DNA of 64,000 nt, taken from Octopus sinensis (lineage: Eukaryota). The stretch spans positions 26,474,001-26,538,000 of the forward strand of contig NC_043002.1 of the NCBI RefSeq assembly GCF_006345805.1. Direction: 5' to 3'. The position numbers and the translations under genes were made by a program. Under the pieces are notes generated by a model. It was not told the DNA's origin, did not search any database, and was given only the letters and a program-made list of their open reading frames with translations. Of this stretch, positions 53,701 to 64,000 are shown one piece after another. The stretch's first letter is position 1; each line of letters opens with the position of its first letter.

Positions 53701-56700
53701 GCGACGAGGTTGGTCAAGAGCGAAGTCTTCATCTTAGTCAATGTCGAGGACGCTAGTTCGCTTAAGAAAATGCAAGTAAAATATATGAATTAAATACTTG
53801 AAATTGAAGCTCATTTAAATTCAGAAGTTTTGTCTTTGGAGCTTCTAAAACAAAAGCATAGATATTTCCTGTAACTACTATACTTTTTAAGGAGAAAGTT
53901 CACCATCATTCGGTCATCATTTCGCCCATTGATAATCATGTTACATTGCCTTCTTCAAGACTACAACAATTGTCTTATACATGTATTCCATACAAGTAAT
54001 CCACTGAAACTGAAACACATTTATTGATTTCGTGTAAAAGGAGATATTTTAAACTCAGTTTAAAACTTTCTATGAATGGCTGTCATTCATTTGGCATATT
54101 GAGCGAGTGAAAACCTGGGTTACTCAGAAGAATACCAGATTATTGTTCGTAAAGAGGAAAGAGTTTTTCACTGCTAAGATGAAACGAAGGCTTTGTTCCA
54201 GAATGAAGGAAATTCCATTCTTTAAACTTGGAGGAGAGCAATGTAAAAACTCCCTTCTAAGATTTTTATTCTTGAGGAGGTCATCCGGTTAATCGAAAGA
54301 ACAATTGACCGAGTTTCTTGATAAATTATGACCCCTCCACCTCTCCTGTTGCGTTGTATGTCATAACATATGAGTGATTCCTTATCATCATCACTTAAGA
54401 TCCCTGATGGGTAACTGAAAGGTCGCCGTGCGATATTTAATTTGTATGCGAAACAAGTGTGCTTGCTGATCGTGTTTCAGGTTATGTTCACTTGCTTCTA
54501 TTATATCCATTCATGCCTTTCATTTATATACAATTCTCATAACGTCTGTTTCCGTCCAAGCCAATATTGAGTCAACTTTCAGACAATTCTTCTTTATGTT
54601 AAGTCTATAATCACAAACGCTCTCTGTAGTTTTGCATACAATGTGGGGAGCTCATTTTTAATCATGGTCTACAAGTTGTGATTTAAAATAGGCAACATAT
54701 GCTCGCTTCAAATAATTATATTAGGTGCATCTTGGGGAAATCTTACCGATTACTGAATCTGTCTCTATAAATAAGGGCTGTCTCTATAAATAAGTGTTAA
54801 TCATATGTATATGATTTTAATTTTACCTACCAGTATAGTGATGTACTTTTTTAACACGCATTTTGTTATTATCAACTGCAAATATGAAAGTTAAACTACA
54901 TTGAAAATGGTTGACTGGTTCATCGAATTAAACTATTGTGGCAGTAGTATTATTTCCCTCAGTTATTATTTAATTGTCGTTATTTATTTGTTGACTATGA
55001 TTTATATATCCATGGAAAAAACTTTCCGGGAAAAAATAAAGTGAAAACTAACTTCCAAATATTTCTTTATCGAACTATATACAGTTTAAAAAACATTTCA
55101 CCGAGTTTCTTCGATAAATTATATATTACTAAATAGAAATAAATAAAGACAACTAAACACAAATTAAGAACAAATAATACCTTAAGTTCAATTCCTTAAT
55201 TGTTTTTTAAATAAATTATTCTCAGTATGTCTTAAGAAAAAACAACCACAAATCCTACAAAAGATAGTTAGAAAAATGTGATTTCCAAAATGTCTAATAG
55301 CTATTTGCTTATGAAAATTCTTTATACAAACGAATAGAGTAATAATCGTTGTCTAAAGTAAACTATTTTATAACGCAGTACCGAATTATGCAGAGCTTCA
55401 CCTGTTGAATAAATTTAAAATGTTGCAATGTAATTTTAACCTATAATCTAGCATGACAACCTTCACGTAGAATCATGGGTGGACAATGTAACATGAAGTC
55501 CATTTCTCTTTTTGACGTTAGATAACTTGATTTGATAACTTGGTAATTGGAAATAAACGTAATTATTTGCTTAGTTTAAAAGCGTATAGTTTTAAAATAT
55601 CCATAGTTTGTTGTGAAAGCAAGAAATGTTACTATAATTGAAATTGCAGCAAAGTTTTCCCGTCCAGCGTCCATGTGGTTACATTACCTGTCTAAAAAGA
55701 GGTAATGTATCTCCAATACCACCGCATATAGTGAATAACTGACGACATATACAAAAGCAGTACCTTAAACGTATCCGAGAAAAGATGTAATGTGCGAGGC
55801 ACCCTTGTCTTTCTCTTGTGCTCTGTACGTAATAGAGTCATTACGTAAACATAACTAACATACTCATATTACTTTCACTTGTTGCTAACACTTAATTTCA
55901 TTATAACAGATGAATAAGCCTTCCATAACTCATTCATAACATTCACAATACATTTACAGGTAATGAGTCGTTCATAATATCATGAGTATATAAAAGAATG
56001 AGAATCAAAACAATTGTATGTATAATCATGCTCAACACGTTCCGGTATATTCAAATGTGAATGTGTTAAACGCTGCGGTATTTCACCTTAGGGGAACAAC
56101 TCCCATTAGAATATGTGCATTGACAACACGTTCATTTCAGTGACATATTATCAACAACAGTTAGCATATTCACGTTCAAAACTGTCGGAACAGGTAGGTA
56201 CAAATATAAATCAGTTTTTTTTTCTCTCGTCATTTTGTGTTTAGTGTTATGATCAGCTTAGTATAGATCAATACAAATATTTTTTTTTACTGAGCCTTAC
56301 AAACAAGTAGCACCAATGTTGTTTAGTTTCAAATATTCGGAGGGAAGCTTGATTGACGAGCCACGACGATATCGAAATAATTGTGTCTCAAAGGCAGGTG
56401 TTTCAGTCTCAACGTCAATGAATGCAGTGTTTGTTGTCAAAACACATCAGTTAAAACGAGAAGTTGAGATGTTATTCTCGAAAGTGAAATACATCAGAGA
56501 CTTGCATATTAGAAAGTGTTAAGAATAAAAATACATAACATTGAATCTCATTTATAGACTTAACATACAACATATATATATATATATATATATATAATAC
56601 ATAAGTGGTAAATGCATAAAAACATAGATAACTAGATCATAACACCTGCATAAAAAATTCAAAGCGCATTCGATTCTTGACAAATACATGGTGCATAATA

Positions 56701-56704
56701 CATG

Positions 56705-56766
<62 letters not shown>

Positions 56767-56993
56767 GAAACAACCGTACAAACCACAGACACAATAAGTA
56801 AAACAGTAACATAATATATAGTAGGAAAGCAGAATACATTGAGTTGAACATAATCAGTCAGTATCTCTGCTTAACTTAATGTCATTATCTGATTGTTGTT
56901 TAGGAACTGAAGAATTCTTTTACCAAAGGTGCGATCCGCCGACTCACTCTCAATCGCAGTCACTCATTCTCTAACCTTCTCTCTTTCTCTTTC

Positions 56994-57048
<55 letters not shown>

Positions 57049-57051
<3 letters not shown>

Positions 57052-57360
57052 AGGCGCAATGGCCCAGTGGTTAAGGGCAGCGAACTCGCAGTCTTAGGAT
57101 CGCGGTTTCGATTCCCAGACCGGGCGTTGTGAGTGTTTATTGAGCGAAAACACCTAAAAGCTCCACGAGGCTCCGGCAGGGGGTGGTGGCGAACCCTGGT
57201 GTACCCTTTCGCCATAACCTTCTCTCACTCTTTATTCTGTTGGCCTACTCGCTCAGCCAGCGGGGTGGCGTCATTTGAAGGCTAAAACAATGCGAAGCAC
57301 ATTGTGACCAGCGATGTGTAGCAAAATCTGATAGCCTGATCGGTCACGGTGATCACGATG
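57049..57360 (+). mobile_element. tRNA-derived SINE, short-tail form
   Basis: A box TGGCCCAGTGG and B box GGTTTCGATTCC. Confidence 0.9.
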
Positions 57361-57444
57361 ATATATATACATATATATATATTCATATATAAGTAGTTGA
57401 ATGGATTATCCTAGTATGGATAATTCGGTTAACCGATACCTGGG

Positions 57445-57531
57445 TTATTCCTGATGAGAAGGCGGCATAATACACCCCTTATTCCTTCGGAATTAGGAAT
57501 ATGCAGTCTTCGAAACATATGTCGAGAATAA
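57445..57531 (+). ncRNA. Type I hammerhead ribozyme with canonical core
   Basis: ttattc-CTGATGA(57451-57); stem II pairs 11 of 12 positions (57458-69 with 57500-11) starting with G10.1-C11.1; GAAA(57512-15); palindromic ACATATGT; GTC site with predicted cleavage after 57523; ga-gaataa closes stem I. Confidence 0.82.
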
Positions 57532-57749
57532 AGGAATTTTGTTAAATCGTCGTTCGACTCCATTCTTTCATATATTCATATATATATATATTTTCATGTG
57601 TTGAAACAAATTCTGTCGAGTCTAGGGGCGTAAATGACTCTCCTTAAAAACAATAACACCTCTCTTTCTCTCCCTCTCCCCCTCTCTCTGTATCTATTTA
57701 TCTATCTATCGTCTGTTTGTTCTCTCTGCTTTTCTTTTTTCCTTTTCGT

Positions 57750-58095
57750 TTTCTCTAACACATCCACACTTCATCTGGCCGAACTATTTCACTCGCTTAA
57801 CTGCTTCTCGTTCGCGGGTGATTTTTACCAACATGTCACGGGAGTGGCCATGGGAATAAGCCCAAATATTTTCAAGATTCACTCGTCCCACTCTCGTTAT
57901 ATTGATGACTACAGTGGTGCGATCTCGCTCTCCGGCGAAAAATTAGACTCTTGTCTCTCTTTTGTCCAATCTTTCCAGGCTGCCTTCGAATTCTCCTACA
58001 CTATATCCAACACTTCCATCGCCTATCTCGACATTTCGGTCAGCAATCATCACTCCAAACTTACCACCCCATCCACTAAAAACACAACGACTCAG
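57750..58095 (+). mobile_element. Penelope-like element RT fragment, internally deleted
   Basis: LAELFHSLNCFSFAGDFYQHVTGVAMG...RYIDD...FEFSYTISNTSIAYLDISV. Confidence 0.82.
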
Positions 58096-59115
58096 TAAAA
58101 AAAAAAATCAGTAAAACACCAAAAGAGCCAACCATTTGCTTCGACTTATATGCATTATTTGATTTATAAACAATTCAATTCCCTCATATAAGGCTAATCA
58201 AAAATTCCGTGTGAAAGGACGGCTGGAATGTAACATTATTAATTCAGTACCTATATATTATGACTTTTCAGCTACATAACAATTACAATTAAAAAACAAC
58301 AAAATTATAACGGACACTATAATTAAGTAAATAGAATCTACAAGTATCGAAGTATATTTCTATATGTCTCAACTAATATTAATCCAAACTCGTTTAGACA
58401 ATCTATGACTATTATAATAACATACAACAATATAAATATATAAATCAAGTATCAGGGTCTTACTTAATCTCGAGATTGTAATAAAACGCGTAAAAAAATA
58501 TAAATGATAATCTACTATTATATTAGTAAAATATAAGAACTCATCTCTTTATTTAAAATTATTGATATAAAAAGAATTAAAGTAACTAGCAAAAAAGTTG
58601 TTCTTTACACATTTAGAATTCCGTAATGAATATGACGAGAAACGTAACAAAAATGTTCTTATTTACTTAATATGAAGATAAACTTAGAGCTACAATAACT
58701 AAAACCTGTATAATCTCATAGATACAGAGTTAAGCTATTATAATGGATATCAAAATATTACTAGTTTTTTTAGAAGTAATCAGATTTGAACTTACTTAAA
58801 TAAGGATTATTCACAGTAACTAATAAGTAGATGTCCCCTTATTCATATATTATGCAAGGGAGAGCACAATAAATAAAAATTAAGTTATACAAACAAAACA
58901 AGGATTGAGTGCCGATCCTCGATAAATATAATTATTATTTTTTTCTATAAAGAACTATAAATAGTATATATCCAAATCTTATTAATTCTTCCAGGAGGAA
59001 CAAAAATAATATTGCTGTAATAAGAATGAAAGTTATATACTATACAATACTATAATAATTATTATTGTGGTTATTAAATTTAGATAGTAAGTCGAATAAA
59101 ACTATTCATTTAATT

Positions 59116-59507
<392 letters not shown>

Positions 59508-59946
59508 GTGAGAGAGCAGTTCATGCCATCAAAGTGACACTGGGGTAAAATATACGAAGCCCAATATACCCATCATGACTACCCGTCTGATAAAGGTACA
59601 CCAGGCACATGCATCACAACCATATGTGCGCGACATGGTGATCTCATATCAAGATAAACAGCACATGACCTTGCAGGTGGGGCCCAGTTAGAATTTCCTT
59701 CAGGTTGAGTAGCCCATCCCGCTCAAATGGTCCCGAATAAGGGTTGTTTAAGGATGTTGAAAGAACCACCCATGTTTCCAGAGGTGAACTATTCAAACCC
59801 CAAAGAATCCCTCTCAACACATGGCTATGATGCTCCCCACTACTTCTGCTCGTGATCAGAGATGCACATATCGTCAGCCACTAAGGGACATGCTCAACTG
59901 GTTAAGGTCAAACAACTGACAAGCAAATCTGTGGTATTGAGCAGAA

Positions 59947-59950
<4 letters not shown>
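59508..59950 (+). mobile_element. Interspersed repeat (gagagagcag...gtattgagcagaatatt), likely non-autonomous
   Basis: GC-richer, non-coding and bounded by simple repeats; recognised from memory as a common octopus repeat (not verified). Confidence 0.55.
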
Positions 59951-59974
<24 letters not shown>

Positions 59975-59977
<3 letters not shown>

Positions 59978-61343
59978 TAGTTTTATTTTTATTTTTATAG
60001 CGTGCTTTCACTTCACTACCGAGCGCAGCTCTGTGTGCCTTGGGTATGTGCTGTGATTTGTTGTGATGCTCTGATGGTTATTGTATGGAAAGTGTTCTGC
60101 GTAGGATGTGTGCAGTGCCTAGTAGTGCAATTTTCTGTATGTTATATGTGTTTGTAAGTCCTGGTGTTTTTGTTATGTATTTGTCTGAATATTTTTTTTA
60201 TCATGCCTAATGCACCTACTATGATAGGAATTGTTTCTGTTTTTAGATTCCACATTCTGGTTACCTCTATTTCCAGGTCTTTGTATTTTGAGAGTTTCTC
60301 CATTTCTTTTAGAGAGACGTTGTCATCTGCCGGTAGTGATACATCAATTAGAAAGCATTTTTTACTTCCTGATCTCTGACAACTATATCTGGTCTGTTGG
60401 CCTTAATTTCTCTATCTGTGTGTATCGGCATATCCCAGAGTATGGTTGCTTTCTCGCTTTCTGTGTCCTTTTCTCGTGTGTGCCTATAGCATCTTTTTTC
60501 TGTTGTTATTCCATAATGTTGGCATAGCTTCCAGTGTATGTAGGTTCCAACTCTGTCATGTCTGTGAATATATTCCTTCTTAGCCAGGACTGGGCAGCTA
60601 GAGATAATATGATTTATTGTTTCTTGTCCATCTCCACATATTCTGCAGTTACTTGTTATATTTCTTTTCATTATATGTTTTTGGTAATTTCTGGTGGGGA
60701 GGCTTTGGTCTTGTGCTGCAATTAAAAATCCCTCTGTCTCTGCTTTGAGTCCTGAGCTTCTCAACCATTGCTGGGATTTTTCTTTGTCTATTTCTTTTGC
60801 ATTTAGTTTAGTCCAGTATTTGCCATGAAGGGGCTTTTCTTGCCATCGTTTTATCATGGTTCGTTGCTGTTCTATTTTTAGTTTGGATTTCATTTGTTTT
60901 ATAGCTTTTGTTGTTTCTTCATCATCTTCTTCTTCTTCTTCTTCTTCATATTTATTAGGTGGTATGATTTCTTGTTTGTATTTGTCAGCTTCCTTAAATA
61001 CTGAGAACAGTTTTTTGTTTTGCTCGTGCTTTGCCGTTATTTGTATCAGTCTTCCTTCCTTCTGAAGTAGATATTTTTGTAGTCCTATGGTGGTTATTTT
61101 ATAGTAGTTTTCCAGCTGTATAAGGCCTCTACCACCTTCTATACGTTGTATATATAGTCCTTCTATGTCAGATTTTGGGTGATGCATCCTAGATCCTGTC
61201 ATTATTTTTCTTGTTTTCCTATCTATTTTGGTCAGTTCATTTAGTGTCCAGTTAAGGATATTGTAGCTGTAACTTATAACTGGGACAGCTAAAGTGTTGA
61301 TACCTATTATGTTGTTTTTAGCATTGAGCTCTGTTTTTATTAT
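59975..61343 (-). mobile_element. R4/Dong-type non-LTR retrotransposon, 5'-truncated, with 3' UTR
   Basis: ORF 60348-61202 (open upstream to ~61343): HHPKSDIEGLYIQRIEGGRGL, KPLHGKY, AETEGFLIAAQDQSL, CRICGDGQETINHIISSC, RHDRV and NRPDIVV. After a frameshift: CFLIDVSLP and EKLSKYKDL. Confidence 0.93.
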
Positions 61344-61352
61344 TTATTATTA

Positions 61353-61384
<32 letters not shown>

Positions 61385-61417
61385 TTATCATTTATTATTA
61401 TTATTATTATTATTATT

Positions 61418-61451
<34 letters not shown>

Positions 61452-61717
61452 CTTAATAAATTAAATGAATGTATTTATACTTATAATTATTTAGTATAAT
61501 GAAGACATCTTATTTGTAATATATAATTGATATTAAATTGTTAATATGATGATGTATTTTACCGTAGCTACTATAATTTACACTAGAAACATTCAAAACT
61601 GTATTAAAACACTAAAAAATTAATTTCCCAAATTCAATATTATTATATAGTTTAAGACAACAAAACTTAGATACAGACACACACACACATACACATACAC
61701 ACACGGACGCATGCACG

Positions 61718-61749
<32 letters not shown>

Positions 61750-62104
61750 CAAATACGAGTTTGGATTAATATTATTTGAGATATATGGAAATATATTTCG
61801 ATTGTTGTAAATTCTATTTAGCTAATTATTTACATAATTATTTTCATATTATATGTTATGTTATAATTTAAATAAATTATTGGATTTTCAATTGTATCTC
61901 TGTAATTAATTCATTTCTTATTATGTACACATATAAATGTATGTATGTGTATGTGTGTGTATATATATATATATATGTACACACACACACACATATATAT
62001 GTATATATATGCATATATATACGAATATAATTATACGTATATGCCTAAATTTTCTATGATATATATATTAATACATACATGTCATAGATAATTTTATATA
62101 TATA

Positions 62105-62140
<36 letters not shown>

Positions 62141-62144
<4 letters not shown>

Positions 62145-62345
62145 GGAAAGTTTACGAAAATAAAGAAAAGACGAAGGCAGGTGGTGTACAAACAAACAGA
62201 TGTATTAGTATAGCGCTCAGGAATAGAAAAAAGTATTTTACGTTTCGAGCCTACGCTCTTCTAATGAAAGATACACAGAAAAAAAAACAAAGAGAGAAAG
62301 AAGGAGAGAAAAAAAAATCTGTGTAGTAGCTAACGATCTATCATG
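62141..62345 (-). mobile_element. Copy of the 17724 family (core mutated to CAUUAGA)
   Basis: Colinear with 44365-44570; stem II and GAAACGUA intact. Confidence 0.82.
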
Positions 62346-63500
62346 GCGTATGTATATATATATATAATAGAAAATTTATACAAATACGTATAATTAGATT
62401 CGTGTGTTTAAAGGGGATTAGAAATAGTCGATAAAATAAATATACACGATAGATCCGAGCCTTATGCACCACAAACACCACGAATAAAAAATATACGTGT
62501 ATGAAGTATATGACCTAGACGTCCTGCTTTAACGTTGTTGTCCTCTTTAACAATTATATATCATAGGTGATCTAAACAACTAGGTACGCTGGGGAAGTGC
62601 TGTAACGGATTACTGGGGCTCCAAGGTTATAGCCGAGACGGGAGTTATGGAGCCATTGTAGATTTCCGATATATGCCCTATTAATTAATACACTCAATGC
62701 TTCGATTTCCACTCATTTGCTTATTTATCATATTTTTAATTGAATAGTCGTTGACTCTGTCCGTTATTGGAGTTGCGTTCTTTTTGTTTGTTTGTGCGTA
62801 TGTGTGTGCGTCTGTGTGCATGTGCATACACATATGTATGTATGTATGTATGTATGTACACGTGTGTGTGTATGCATATATATATATGTATGCGTGTGTA
62901 TGCATATACATATGTATGCGTCTGTGTACGATCATATGTACGCATTCCGCATATTCATGTTTGCGTGTTCATGCTTGTGTTTTTGTCTGTGTGTGTATGT
63001 GCATGTTTGTTAATGTGTATGTGTATTTGTGTGTGTACCCCTGTCTTCTCGTGTGTGCATGTTTGCGTGTGTCTATATGTATGGGTTTGTGTCACTATGT
63101 AAGTCCGTTTGTTATGAATGGAAATGTGTCTCCATATGTGTCCTTGTGTGTGTGAAGTGTGTCTATATGGTCTTGTCTTTCGTTCTTCTTCTCTGTGTGT
63201 ATGTGTGTATATATGTGTGTAAGTGTGTGTGCTTGTCTGTCCATATAACCTATGTACACATCTTTCTAAATAGCCGTGGATAAATTTGTATATCTTAATA
63301 GTACTCTCGCCCAGTTAAGTTACCTGAACGAAAATTAACAGTCACAAGATTTCAAATAATGATTTATATCCTGAGATGCAATCAAATAACAAAGCGAATT
63401 TAAAAATTGATCTCTGTTGAAAGGATTACGTACATACATCTTAGTGGAATTATATGCCCCAATGCAAATGAATGCCATGGGCTACGCAGCATTTACTTAC

Positions 63501-63585
63501 TGAGAGCAAGCCAAAACATGCATAGACCAGAACTGAGGCACTTAAACAATATAGAATCCTCGGATACCTCAATCATCGTTACCAT
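63501..63585 (-). CDS. Candidate first coding exon (MVTMIEVSEDSILFKCLSSGLCMFWLAL)
   Basis: ATG at 63585-83 with an in-frame stop just upstream and a consensus donor A|GTAAGT. No homology recognised. Confidence 0.25.
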
Positions 63586-63747
63586 GTCTTACGTCTGCGT
63601 CACTGGGGAGACCAACTGAAGTTAAAGTCCGTCTTTTATATTTCACCTTCCTTCTAAAAGGTTTCAACACACAATGTCTTCTCGAGATATCTGCTGGAGG
63701 CGAAGGTTAGAACGAGTGCAGTTCTTAGTTTTTATATATGTTTAACA

Positions 63748-63798
<51 letters not shown>

Positions 63799-64000
63799 AA
63801 GGTATTTCAATCAAATTCTGTTCAAACAGGTTTGTATTAATAGGTATATTCTTTTCATTCTCACATACACACGTGCTCAGATGCACACATATAACATATG
63901 TATGCGCATACGAACAAAATACATATACACATCCGTATATACAAACATGCACATGCATACGTTTCTCCTTCTCTCAATCTGTACCTCCTCTCTCTCACCC

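Overview
AT-rich eukaryotic genomic DNA dominated by microsatellites ((TA)n, (CA)n, (CATA)n, (GATA)n, (TTC)n, (TTA)n, (GAT)n). From recognition of its tRNA-headed SINE families it is most likely an octopus or another coleoid cephalopod; this assignment was not database-checked. Most ORFs in the supplied track are microsatellite translation artefacts, and no intact long gene can be read. Supported content: four decayed mariner transposons, two R4/Dong-type (RLE) LINE fragments, two Tx1/L1-clade LINE 3' ends, three Penelope-like (PLE) RT fragments, many SINEs, and several short minus-strand segments with open frames and good splice sites that may be exons of an unidentified gene. The main observation is a set of short elements embedded in simple repeats that carry type I hammerhead ribozyme (HHR) motifs. 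At least five distinct sequence families are present. Two copies have a full canonical core (57445-57531 +, 17085-17130 -). The others are core variants, divergent inverted pairs, long near-perfect foldback hairpins, or ribozyme-less derivatives. Hammerheads in PLEs and retrozymes are established biology. The density and diversity here, the inverted-repeat-flanked HHR cassette and the recurrent U6 core variant look worth testing.
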